Under the pieces are notes generated by a model. The model did no database searches. It was not told where the DNA came from and worked only from the letters and a program-made list of their open reading frames with translations. From a virus: a stretch of DNA of 64,000 nt. Position 1 is the first letter of the stretch. Each line of letters opens with the position of its first letter. Positions 1-8,979 of the stretch are shown piece by piece. The stretch covers positions 2,600 through 66,599 of the IMG/VR virus record IMGVR_UViG_3300036791_000851; one strand, written 5' to 3'. A program made the translations under genes and the position numbers.

Positions 1-394
1 CTCGGTTGATCGCGATATATACGCCAGCTATCCCGACAAGGTGACGCCGGGGCGGGTGACGGTTTATTGGTTCAACCATCTGATCAATCCAACGATCACG
101 GTGTGGCAACCGCCGAACGATGAAGAGCCCTATACGCTGAATTTCTATCGTGCGCGGCAAATCCAGGACGCATCGGTGCCAGGCGGCCTGACGGCCGAGG
201 TGCCTTACCGTTTTCTCGAAGCTTATGTTGCCGGCTTGGCGTTCAAGCTTGCCGAGCTTTATGCCCCGGCGCGCATGGAAGAGCTGGCGGCGCGCGCGCT
301 CGGTGCCCTCGACAAGGCCAAGAAGCGCGACGTCGAGAATGCGCCGCTGCGCATCGTTCCGGCGCTCGGCGGCTACACGGATGCTTCGTATTGA
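1..394 (+). CDS. Head-tail adaptor/connector protein (5' truncated by window)
   Basis: Frame is open from nt 2 (SVDRDIYASYPDKVTPGRVTVYWF..P.ITVW.PP..VPYRFLEAYVAGLA.KLA), resembling post-capsid adaptor proteins of podoviruses. Confidence 0.6.
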   Translation, partial: SVDRDIYASYPDKVTPGRVTVYWFNHLINPTITVWQPPNDEEPYTLNFYRARQIQDASVPGGLTAEVPYRFLEAYVAGLAFKLAELYAPARMEELAARALGALDKAKKRDVENAPLRIVPALGGYTDASY

Positions 395-403
395 AGGTGA
401 AAG

Positions 404-871
404 ATGACTCGAGAAGAGGTTCGCGAGCTATTTGATTACAATCCAGATGATGGGCTTCTGCGCTGGCGCAAGGGGCGTAGAGCTGGCTGCGTTGCTGGCA
501 CCCCGAATAGTGGAGGGCGTCTTACGGTATGGGCCGGAGAAAAGTACAAGCAACATTATGTGCATCGTCTGATTTGGTTGTGGGTCTATGGTGTGTGGCC
601 ATCCGAGATGGACCACGTCAATCTCAATAGGACTGATAATCGGTTGGCTAATTTGCGGCTTTGTACGGCGTCACAAAGTGCTGCGAATAGGCGGGGATGG
701 GCCAAGTCCGGTTTCAAAGGCGTTCATCAGCGTGGAAAGAAGTGGGCAGCCTATATCACGAAAAACGGCGTGAAATGCTATATCGGGATTTATTTCACGC
801 CTGGGTTAGCGAACGCAGCTTTTCTTGAAGCGGCTAAATCAATTCATGGTGCATTTGCGAGGGGGATGTGA
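404..871 (+). CDS. HNH homing endonuclease with C-terminal AP2-like DNA-binding domain
   Basis: HRLIW..DHVNLNRTDNRLANLR (HNH_3) followed by SGFKGV..KW.AYI..YIG.YF (AP2); visibly AT-richer than its neighbours. Confidence 0.9.
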   Translation: MTREEVRELFDYNPDDGLLRWRKGRRAGCVAGTPNSGGRLTVWAGEKYKQHYVHRLIWLWVYGVWPSEMDHVNLNRTDNRLANLRLCTASQSAANRRGWAKSGFKGVHQRGKKWAAYITKNGVKCYIGIYFTPGLANAAFLEAAKSIHGAFARGM

Positions 872-1173
872 TGGGCAGTTTTGCTCCTCGGGGCCATGCC
901 AAGCTCGATCCGCAGCATCCGTCGGCTTTCGCCATTTGCGAGAGGTGTGGATTCCAATATCTCCATCGTGATCTAAAGTGGGATACCCAGTATCGCGGCC
1001 GCGAGATACGCAGGACCGGATATCTGGTCTGCCCGACCTGTACCGACATTCCCAATCCGACCTTGCGGCCGATCGTGGTGCCGGCTGATCCGCCGCCAAT
1101 CCTCAATCCGCGGTCGGAGACGCAGGAAGTCCCGCCGACCACGCCGCCCTACAAACCGCCGCAGATACCTTGA
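868..1173 (+). CDS. Small Zn-ribbon protein of the tail/head completion module
   Basis: CERC...CPTC cysteine pairs; overlaps the upstream stop codon. Confidence 0.65.
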   Translation: MMGSFAPRGHAKLDPQHPSAFAICERCGFQYLHRDLKWDTQYRGREIRRTGYLVCPTCTDIPNPTLRPIVVPADPPPILNPRSETQEVPPTTPPYKPPQIP

Positions 1174-1185
1174 TCTTGGAGGACC

Positions 1186-3036
1186 GTGATGGCACTTGGA
1201 ACTTTTACTGTCCTCGACGGCAATGGCACTCCCGTTCCGATCCAGGTTCTGAACATTCCTACCCCGTCCGTGACTTGGGCTCATGTTCTCATCGACGGCT
1301 TGGCTGGCGCCAATGTTGCTGCCATCACGCCGGCGAACGCGCTCAAGGTTGACGGCAGCGGCGCCACCCAGCCGGTCTCGTTTTCTGGAGCAATGACGGT
1401 CAATGGCGCAGTGTCGGTTATTCAAGGCACCAACACCGCAGCCGTTAAGCCGCCGTCGACTGGTCCGGTTGCGTCCGATCCGGCGCTGGTGGTGGCGATC
1501 TCGCCAAATTCGGCGCTTACGCTAGGCTCAGTTTCAATTGCGCAGGGCGCCAATACTGCGAGCGTCAAAGCGCCTTCGACTGCGCCCGTTGCCGCTGATC
1601 CTGCGCTGGTTGTCGCGATCTCGCCCAATTCGCCGACGCTTGCCAGCTCGGTGGCGATCGCGCAGGGTGGTAATACGGCTGCGGTCAAGTCGGCAGCGAC
1701 TGCTCCGCTTACATCTGATCCCGCACTGGTCGTGGCGATCTCGCCCAATTCTCCGACGCTCGCCAGCTCGGTTTCGATTGCACAAGGCGGCAATACTGCA
1801 ACCGTGTCGGCAGGCGGGGCACTAAAAGTCGACAGTTCGAGTGTCACCCAACCGGTCTCTATTGCGGGGTCGGTGACTGTTTCTGGCACCGTCACGGCCA
1901 ACATCGGGGCGGCTGGAGCGCTGGCCCTGGAGGGCGGCGGCAATCTTGCCGCTATCCGTGCATCGCTGGTTGCTCCTGGTACGGCGCTTGGATCAGTTCA
2001 AGAGCAGATGGTTGCCGGCAGCGTGACGACCGCTGCTCCAGCCTATAGCGCTGGTCTGATCAGCCCGTTGTCGCTCACGACTACAGGTGCGCTTCGGGTT
2101 GATAATTCTGCTGTGACGCAGCCGATCAGCGGAGCGATCACAGTCTCAAGTGGTTCGGTTGCAATCTTACAGGGCGGCAACACTGCTGCGGTGAAGGCGG
2201 CCAGCACGGCGCCGGTTGCGGCTGATCCGGCGTTGGTTGTGACACTCTCTCCCAATTCGCCGTCGAACCCGGTTTCGATCGCCCAAGGCGGCAACACCGC
2301 CGTCGTCAAGGCAGCTTCTACTTCTCCAGTACCAGCTGATCCTGCTCTGGTTACTACGTTATCCCCAAATTCGGCTGCGTTGAAGATTTGGGATGCAACA
2401 AACTATACCGTGGTTAAGCCGGGATTGACGCCGCCAGCTGCTGCCGATGCCGCTCTGGTTGTCGCAATCTCTCCGAACTCGCAGAACCCCAACGGCCAGG
2501 CCACGATGGCGAGTAGTTCGCCCGTGGTTCCGGCGAGCGATTATGTTGGTCCGGTCGTTGGCAATATCGCCGCTGGTACAACCGATAGCGGCAATCCTGT
2601 CAAGATTGGTGCCATAGGCCGAACTACCAATCCCGGGGGTGTAACCGACGGCCAACGGACGAGTCTGATTGCAGACAAGCTCGGCAAGCTAATTACGGTT
2701 GGAGCAATTCGTATTCTCAAGGGCGTCACCCAGACAGCGATCACGGTCAATACCGAGACCACGATCATTGCCGCGGGTGCGGCTGGTGTTTTCAACGATC
2801 TCTACGGTTTAATCCTAGCCAACAGCAGCGCAACGGCTACGACCGTGACGATAAAAGATGCCACCGGTGGTACAACCAGGGCCGTGATTGTGGTACCGGC
2901 CGGAGAAACACGCGGGTTCATGTTGCCGGTCGATAGCGCAATTCCGCAGGCGGCGGCTGCCAGCGCTTGGACAGCGACGTGTAGCACGGCAGTCACCACC
3001 CTCAATGTTACCGCGCTCTGGGTGCAAAACACATGA
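1186..3036 (+). CDS. Repetitive tail fibre/virion structural protein
   Basis: GGAGG RBS; about 6 copies of QGxNTAxVKxxxxxPVxxDPALVVAISPNS; Ala/Thr/Val/Gly-rich. Confidence 0.7.
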   Translation: MMALGTFTVLDGNGTPVPIQVLNIPTPSVTWAHVLIDGLAGANVAAITPANALKVDGSGATQPVSFSGAMTVNGAVSVIQGTNTAAVKPPSTGPVASDPALVVAISPNSALTLGSVSIAQGANTASVKAPSTAPVAADPALVVAISPNSPTLASSVAIAQGGNTAAVKSAATAPLTSDPALVVAISPNSPTLASSVSIAQGGNTATVSAGGALKVDSSSVTQPVSIAGSVTVSGTVTANIGAAGALALEGGGNLAAIRASLVAPGTALGSVQEQMVAGSVTTAAPAYSAGLISPLSLTTTGALRVDNSAVTQPISGAITVSSGSVAILQGGNTAAVKAASTAPVAADPALVVTLSPNSPSNPVSIAQGGNTAVVKAASTSPVPADPALVTTLSPNSAALKIWDATNYTVVKPGLTPPAAADAALVVAISPNSQNPNGQATMASSSPVVPASDYVGPVVGNIAAGTTDSGNPVKIGAIGRTTNPGGVTDGQRTSLIADKLGKLITVGAIRILKGVTQTAITVNTETTIIAAGAAGVFNDLYGLILANSSATATTVTIKDATGGTTRAVIVVPAGETRGFMLPVDSAIPQAAAASAWTATCSTAVTTLNVTALWVQNT

Positions 3037-3779
3037 GCATGATGGGTGTTCTTATCGATCGAAAGGTGGTGACAGGTGCTGGTGATTACACCACTGGCCT
3101 GACCAACTATTGGCCGCTGGACGACGCCAATACGAATGTGGGGGCGCAAAACGTAGATGATGTTGTTGCAAGTAACAACGCTCTTTGGCCTAATGCCGGT
3201 ACCGTCACCAGTGCTGCAGGCCCCCCAAGTTCATCACTTGCAACGGCACGTGCGCTCGATGGTGCAGCAAACACTCGACTGGCGATCACCACCACTCCGC
3301 GCAACTGGAATACCGGCGGTAGTTTCTCGATTGCGTTCTGGGGATTCGTCACGAGTAACACAGTCAATAGTTCGGGCGGTGGTGGCCAGACGTTCTTTTG
3401 CAGCGATCTGGTCGGGGACGGCTCGAATTATGTACGTATTTCCTGCCGCGCCACCACACCCGGCGGGTGCTACTTCGGCACTTCCTCTACGGGCATTGCG
3501 AGTAGCGCTACGGTCTTTTTGAATAACACTTGGGTACACATTGTCGCCACTAATTCGGGTGGTGGTGCAGGCGGCGCAATGATTTTGTATGCCGGTGGCG
3601 TCGCTCTCTCTACTGCCGCGCTCAACGGCAACTTCGGCGGGAATGCTGTTTTCGACAATATGGGGGCGATGAACACCACAGACGGCATGCTCACGGGGCG
3701 ACTACAGAAAGTTCGACTTTATAGTCGAGCGCTGTCCGCTGCTGATGTAGCGGCGCTTTTTGCGGCAGGAGGAGGCTAA
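3033..3779 (+). CDS. LamG/concanavalin A-like lectin-domain virion protein
   Basis: YWPLDD...FSIAFW...WVHIVAT...LY..G...VRLYSRALSAADVAALF signature. Confidence 0.85.
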   Translation: MSMMGVLIDRKVVTGAGDYTTGLTNYWPLDDANTNVGAQNVDDVVASNNALWPNAGTVTSAAGPPSSSLATARALDGAANTRLAITTTPRNWNTGGSFSIAFWGFVTSNTVNSSGGGGQTFFCSDLVGDGSNYVRISCRATTPGGCYFGTSSTGIASSATVFLNNTWVHIVATNSGGGAGGAMILYAGGVALSTAALNGNFGGNAVFDNMGAMNTTDGMLTGRLQKVRLYSRALSAADVAALFAAGGG

Positions 3780-4979
3780 ATGCCCGTCATCAACGTCAAA
3801 TCTGCTCCCTACAATGCCTTCGGAGATGCGATTCACGATGACAGCGGAGCCATTCAGAATGCCTTCAACGACGCATTCGGCACGAGCGGATCGCCACACG
3901 GCTCAAACACAGCCTTAAACAGTGATGTGTATTTCCCGGCTGGGAATTACCTGTGTAATTCCTTGCATCTGACAAAGGTGGTGAATGGTCGTATTTTCGG
4001 CGACAATCTTCGCGCGAGTACCCTCATTTGGAGCGGCGGTGCTCCGTCCCCAGGTGCGTCGATCATCTCTACTGATGGATTCACAAACAGCATCGTTGAG
4101 AACCTTGGATTCAACTGTAACTCAATTGATAGTAGCAACCTGCGCATCTTTAACCTGGATTGGCAGGGCGACACGTCGAACGGGGGAGGACTATCAGGAA
4201 ACACATTTTTTAGTTGTTTTCTGATCGGTGCTGGCACCGGTTTGACCACCGGTATAGCCGTCGCTCCAAGCAATAATGGCGGCACATCCAATACATTCTT
4301 TAGTGTCGCCGGCCAATCCTGCTGTGCGATCAAAATCATTGGATCGGGAGCAAACGGTAATCAAATGCTCGAGTGTGATTTCGGTGGTACTCCGAAAATG
4401 ACGTGGGTTGCGGGAGGGACGAATACCAGCTTGGTTGGTTGTCAGTGGTCAACCTCGGTCGATGGCGGGATTGTTCAATTCGACAGTGGTAGTGTGATTG
4501 TTGCAGGATGCCGCTGCGAGCAACAGCCAGCTGGACTGCCAAATTGGTCCTGGCTCAACATCACTGCCGGCAGTCTGATAGTAAATGCGTGTGGTGTTCA
4601 GAGTAACGGTAGTAGCGGAAGAGGGTTTGTGACCATGGCTGCTCCCGCAAGTGTTGTCCTGGATGGAGTGTTCGATGGGGCAGGGTCCAACGGGAAGATA
4701 GGTGGTACTGGCACGCTTGAGATTCACAGCGCTAGGTTCGTTGGACCACCAGACCCAGGCCAAGCGATATCGGGTTTTACTGGCTCGCTGGCGCTCTGGC
4801 GATTACCGAATACGCTGTATGCAAATCTTCCGGCCACTCCGCACGCAGGAATGGAGGCCAACATCACAGATGGCGACAATACGCATTTGACGTACCTTGG
4901 AACAACGGAATCGGGTGGCGGCACGCGCTGCAAGAAATACCATTATAATGGAACAGCCTGGGCTCTGATTGGAATATGA
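3780..4979 (+). CDS. Tailspike 1, pectate-lyase-3/beta-helix depolymerase-like
   Basis: INVKSAPYNAFGD..HDDSGAIQNA...VYFPAGNY N-terminal motif; Asn/Cys ladders. Confidence 0.8.
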   Translation: MPVINVKSAPYNAFGDAIHDDSGAIQNAFNDAFGTSGSPHGSNTALNSDVYFPAGNYLCNSLHLTKVVNGRIFGDNLRASTLIWSGGAPSPGASIISTDGFTNSIVENLGFNCNSIDSSNLRIFNLDWQGDTSNGGGLSGNTFFSCFLIGAGTGLTTGIAVAPSNNGGTSNTFFSVAGQSCCAIKIIGSGANGNQMLECDFGGTPKMTWVAGGTNTSLVGCQWSTSVDGGIVQFDSGSVIVAGCRCEQQPAGLPNWSWLNITAGSLIVNACGVQSNGSSGRGFVTMAAPASVVLDGVFDGAGSNGKIGGTGTLEIHSARFVGPPDPGQAISGFTGSLALWRLPNTLYANLPATPHAGMEANITDGDNTHLTYLGTTESGGGTRCKKYHYNGTAWALIGI

Positions 4980-4980
4980 C

Positions 4981-6354
4981 ATGACACTCAGTATTCCTAG
5001 CCTCACGTCTTTCACTTCGGCTAAGCCGCCCATAGCTGGCTGCATTGATGTGACAACCTATGGCGCAGACAAAACTGGAGGAACCGTTACCGCAGATTCG
5101 GGGCCTGCAATACAAGCTGCTTTCAATGCTGCATGGCCGGCTCGTGCAACTCCGACTAGCGCATGTGATCCAACCAAGAACATTCCAGTCTACTTCCCCG
5201 CCGGTACCTATAACATCGCAACTACGATCAACATCATTGGCGTTTCAGGCGCTCTTATATTTGGCGATGGGCCAACGGCTTCAATTCTGAAGTGGACGGG
5301 CGCTCGTGGTTCCGGTCAGCTCGATACCCCTGCCGATATTGGTAGTGGGTCTGGCACTGGCACCTTCAGCCACTTGATCTTGTGCAATGGCCTTAACCAT
5401 TCGACGATCCGTGACCTTGGTTTCGATATGGGCACCTCCTCTGGAAACAGAGATACAGAAGGGACGATGTGCTTCAACTGGAATTGGGAAGGAAACCCGG
5501 GCGGCAATCCCGTACTCCACGAAGGTAACACCCATGTTAAGTTTTTTAACTTGAACTTTTCTAACGCTGGATACGGCTTGATCTGCGCTTCTCTCGAACC
5601 GGCAGCATTACCGCCCGGAGGTTACCCGCCAAATGGCGGCAGCGGCAATCAAAGCGACACGGTGGTTGTTTGGAATTGCAATTTTAATAACATTTCCGTT
5701 GGATTAGGTGCGTACCAGTTCAACGCTATCGGCTACAGTGTACGTGGAGGCTCGTTTACAAATTGCGCATATGGAATCAAAAGCAAGAATGCAGTGGAGG
5801 TTATCGACGGAGTGACTTTTTCTGGCAGTTCCGGTTTTGATGTACAGTCCGATTTTCCGTGTGTCATTCTTCGTTGTCACAGCACCAGCGGCGCTAATGG
5901 TTCCTTTTATAACTTTTCTGAGATGAACATCATTGGCTGTACCTTTGCCACGTTTGCTGTTAATGGCAGTGATGCGACCGGTGTTCTCTCGATAGAGGGC
6001 TGCACTCTCACTAGTAGCGCCGCCACAATGGGTGGGTACGGCAGCACGGATGTAATTACGTCGAGTCCTGCGACTACCATCGTGGCGGGTGATCCGTTCG
6101 CTCCTCCAGGTAATCTAACCTACTGGCAGCAGACAACCACTTTCGCAGCATTAACCGCAAAAACTGCCCGCAATGGCTACGAGGCCATCATCTCTGATGG
6201 CGATGCGAATACGACGTGGGGCCATGTCGAGACTGGAGGAGGGTCCACATCCAAGCAGATAAGATGGAACGGAACCGCCTGGACCGTTGTGGCACCGACA
6301 ACGAGCGGAACTACTCCTACTGCTGGGTTTTCCGGTAAGTCGCGGGTTAAATAA
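4981..6354 (+). CDS. Tailspike 2, pectate-lyase-3/beta-helix depolymerase-like
   Basis: DVTTYGA..G..DSGPAIQAA...VYFPAGTY motif. Confidence 0.8.
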   Translation: MTLSIPSLTSFTSAKPPIAGCIDVTTYGADKTGGTVTADSGPAIQAAFNAAWPARATPTSACDPTKNIPVYFPAGTYNIATTINIIGVSGALIFGDGPTASILKWTGARGSGQLDTPADIGSGSGTGTFSHLILCNGLNHSTIRDLGFDMGTSSGNRDTEGTMCFNWNWEGNPGGNPVLHEGNTHVKFFNLNFSNAGYGLICASLEPAALPPGGYPPNGGSGNQSDTVVVWNCNFNNISVGLGAYQFNAIGYSVRGGSFTNCAYGIKSKNAVEVIDGVTFSGSSGFDVQSDFPCVILRCHSTSGANGSFYNFSEMNIIGCTFATFAVNGSDATGVLSIEGCTLTSSAATMGGYGSTDVITSSPATTIVAGDPFAPPGNLTYWQQTTTFAALTAKTARNGYEAIISDGDANTTWGHVETGGGSTSKQIRWNGTAWTVVAPTTSGTTPTAGFSGKSRVK

Positions 6355-6355
6355 C

Positions 6356-6775
6356 GTGGCCAACGCACTTTACCCGCTCTGGAAACAGAGCTTGATGACG
6401 GCCTCCGATCTCAACAACGGGATGGACGGCGCGGGCGTCGACGCACCTTATCTTGCGCTGGTTGCGATCAGTCCCGGATATGTCTACTCGGCGGCGCATC
6501 AGTTTTACACCGCTTTGAGCAACGTGCAGGGAACCGATCAGCCGATCCTGACAAACACGGTGGCAGGTGGCGTGTTCAAGGGTGGCACGGTGGTGTTCGT
6601 CAACGTCACCGGGGCACCGGTTGGCGCGCTCGTGGTCTATCGGCACAATAGCGGCGTCAACAGCAGCTGGCGGCTGGTGATGTACGAGGACACCGGCGTG
6701 GTTGGATTTCCAGTCTCTGCCAATGGGGGCAACGTGATCGTGACGTGGGATACACAGGGGATTTTTCAGCTGTGA
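6356..6775 (+). CDS. Virion structural protein (tail-associated)
   Basis: GTG start just after the tailspike stop; MANALYP.WKQ...G.PV..NGGNV.VTW...GIFQL. Confidence 0.65.
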   Translation: MANALYPLWKQSLMTASDLNNGMDGAGVDAPYLALVAISPGYVYSAAHQFYTALSNVQGTDQPILTNTVAGGVFKGGTVVFVNVTGAPVGALVVYRHNSGVNSSWRLVMYEDTGVVGFPVSANGGNVIVTWDTQGIFQL

Positions 6776-7077
6776 ACGATCCGCTGACCGAAGGGCCCGA
6801 GTACGAGCTGCTGAGCAAGATGATGGACATCTGCAATGGCGCACCACATGACATGGTGAAAAGCGTAGCTATGAACCTGATGATTCATGCCATCCGGCAA
6901 TCGGTTCCGACGCGGCGTGAAGCCGAGGCAGAGCTGGATGACTGGACCGGACGCGCCAAGTCGTTACTGCTCGATCATCACTATGATCTGGTGACCGGGC
7001 TGCGACGCACGGTGTTTCCGTTCACGCAGGTTGTCAGGGCGCCGTTCGTCGTCAACGAGAACAAGTTTTTCCGATGA
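6772..7077 (+). CDS. Hypothetical protein
   Basis: GTGA overlap with the upstream gene. Confidence 0.55.
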   Translation: MNDPLTEGPEYELLSKMMDICNGAPHDMVKSVAMNLMIHAIRQSVPTRREAEAELDDWTGRAKSLLLDHHYDLVTGLRRTVFPFTQVVRAPFVVNENKFFR

Positions 7078-7086
7078 GAGCCGACA

Positions 7087-7425
7087 ATGCAGCCGTCGCC
7101 GTTTTCGTTGGATATCTACCGAGGGGACACCGGACGGTGGCAATTTGCATTTTGGACGGATACCGCATTGACACAACCTGCCGATCTCACCGGGGTCACG
7201 GCCAAGAGCCAGATACGCGATAAACCGGCCGGCACGCAGGTTACGGAATTGATTTGTACGGTCACGCTGCCCAACATCGTTGATGTGCAATTGGCTGCGG
7301 CCGACAGCCATCTTCTGCCGGCAAAGGGAGCTTGGGACCTTCAGCTGACCTATGCCTCGGGCGAGGTAGCCACGCCAGTAGCGGGGCCGGTTACGGTAAC
7401 GTCGGATGTGACCGACAGCACGTGA
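7087..7425 (+). CDS. BppU-N-like baseplate/fibre adaptor domain protein
   Basis: LDIYRGDT...DLTG.TA.SQIR...WDLQLT..G.V.T...G.V.V..DVT. Confidence 0.7.
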   Translation: MQPSPFSLDIYRGDTGRWQFAFWTDTALTQPADLTGVTAKSQIRDKPAGTQVTELICTVTLPNIVDVQLAAADSHLLPAKGAWDLQLTYASGEVATPVAGPVTVTSDVTDST

Positions 7426-7434
7426 GGTCCGAAA

Positions 7435-7599
7435 ATGAGCAACGGTGCCCCTCCATCTGCTAACATTGTCATGACGCCGGCAGCTCCGGTCGATCTTTTT
7501 TATTTCCAGCCGCTGCCTCCGATTTCGCCGCCGGTGACATTGCTGCCAGCGATGAAATTCAATCATAAGACAAACAGCATGTATCTCGGGGGACCGTGA
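7435..7599 (+). CDS. Small Pro-rich hypothetical protein (54 aa, below ORF-track cutoff)
   Basis: GAGG RBS then ATG; MSNGAPPSANIVMTP...NSMYLGGP*; fills the gap in the operon. Confidence 0.55.
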   Translation: MSNGAPPSANIVMTPAAPVDLFYFQPLPPISPPVTLLPAMKFNHKTNSMYLGGP

Positions 7600-7612
7600 G
7601 GACAGCGGATAA

Positions 7613-7900
7613 ATGTACTATGTCTATGAGCCGCAGTACGTTCCTTGGGGTTGGCAGGACCAGGCCAACCTATCGCCATGGTCGTGGTACGATCGCAATC
7701 TCGCCGACGCGAATGCGGGGGTGCCGCTCTTTGTCAACACCAACCTGTTTTTTTCGCCGATAATCGAGATCGAGATTTTCCCGCAGCTTGTTGTCAATTT
7801 GAACCGTTTTTTCCCGCCAAGGATTTTTGTGGTTAAGCGGCCAGATCACATGCTCAAGAACGAGATCAGGAGGATTACGTTTCTGAGCCACGAGAAGTAG
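7613..7900 (+). CDS. Hypothetical tail-associated protein
   Basis: GAGGA RBS; N-terminal motif shared with the nozzle protein insert. Confidence 0.65.
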   Translation: MYYVYEPQYVPWGWQDQANLSPWSWYDRNLADANAGVPLFVNTNLFFSPIIEIEIFPQLVVNLNRFFPPRIFVVKRPDHMLKNEIRRITFLSHEK

Positions 7901-7909
7901 GAGGCGGTC

Positions 7910-8242
7910 ACGTATTGCGGACGCGATTTTGATCCCGTCGAGCAGAGCGAGAGCCAGGTCTACGGCCTCGATTTTGTCAACGATCTCGATCCTAACGAAC
8001 AGCTGCTGTCGTCGAGCTGGACGGTCGTTGTTATTGCGGGTGTTGATCCTGATCCCAGTGCTCATCTGCAGGGACTGTCGAGTTTGTGGACGACAAATGG
8101 CAGCGCCTTGCCGACGGCAACCATACAACGCATGGGTGGCTTTCTTCCCGGTGTGACTTATGCGCTGCATGCTTCGATCACTACCGACAGCGGCAACTTG
8201 CGGAACCTATGGACGCACATCCGAGGAGTTTCCGTGACATGA
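7910..8242 (+). CDS. Fibre/tail adaptor-like protein with a non-canonical ACG start (or a readthrough extension of 7613-7900)
   Basis: Open frame (T)YCGRDFDPVEQSESQVYGLDFVNDL..LSSSW...GVTY.L...ITTDSG; AGGAGG 5 nt before ACG; ATGA coupling to the next gene. Confidence 0.7.
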   Translation, partial: TYCGRDFDPVEQSESQVYGLDFVNDLDPNEQLLSSSWTVVVIAGVDPDPSAHLQGLSSLWTTNGSALPTATIQRMGGFLPGVTYALHASITTDSGNLRNLWTHIRGVSVT

Positions 8243-8979
8243 CCTATGATGAGGCTGTCTCGTGGCTGCAAACGATGTGCGAGGTACCGCTGAACGGCAG
8301 CGATGACAATTTCCAGCGCATTGTGCCGGCAATGTTCCTCTACGCCGATGGACGCATCTATCGCGAGTTGCTGTTCCCAGCGAACGAGATCACGCAGCCG
8401 GTACAGCTTACCGCGCGCAATCGCGAGGTCGTGCTGCCGCCTGCGGTGATAAACCTGCGCGGCGTTAACATTTGCACGCCGGTGACGACCTCGATCACCA
8501 TGAATACCACACGTACTCCGCTGGAGCGCATACCGCCGCAGGTACTCGATTATCTATGGCCGCAGCCGCTGTATCGGCCGAACGTCCCGCAAAAGTACGC
8601 TATGATCGGCGGGGTGGTGTCGGCATCACCACCGCAGATGATGCAGCATGTCCTGCGGTTCATGCCGACACCGGATCAGCCCTATCTCATCGAGGTGCTG
8701 GGGGACATTCGTCCCGTTCCGCTGTCTCCGACCAATACGACGACGTATTTGAGCGTGGCCTATCCCGAGTTGTTTCTGTGCGCCTGCATGATCTTTGCCG
8801 CCGGTTATCAGCGTGACTTCGGGGCGCAGGCCGATGATCCGCAGCGCGCGCAGAGTTGGCAGGCGCAGTATGATTATCTCAAGGGCGGCGTCATGCTTGA
8901 GGTGGCGCGCATGCGCGGCGAGGGCCCGGGCTTCACCGCCGAGCCGCCGGCGCCGGCAGCACAGCCGAGAGCGCCCTGA
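8239..8979 (+). CDS. Tail adaptor protein (tail tubular protein A-like)
   Basis: GAGGAG RBS; MTYDE...AD.RIYREL...F.PTPDQ.Y.IE...L....TTTYLS..YPELFL. Confidence 0.7.
   Translation: MTYDEAVSWLQTMCEVPLNGSDDNFQRIVPAMFLYADGRIYRELLFPANEITQPVQLTARNREVVLPPAVINLRGVNICTPVTTSITMNTTRTPLERIPPQVLDYLWPQPLYRPNVPQKYAMIGGVVSASPPQMMQHVLRFMPTPDQPYLIEVLGDIRPVPLSPTNTTTYLSVAYPELFLCACMIFAAGYQRDFGAQADDPQRAQSWQAQYDYLKGGVMLEVARMRGEGPGFTAEPPAPAAQPRAP

Noticed and set aside
3780-6354. Diversity-generating retroelement targeting the tailspikes
   Set aside because: No reverse transcriptase and no near-identical TR/VR pair; similarity is at the protein level only
8086-8238. N-terminal extension of the adaptor ORF given in the track
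   Set aside because: It overlaps the hidden 7910-8242 gene, and the RBS supports ATG 8239
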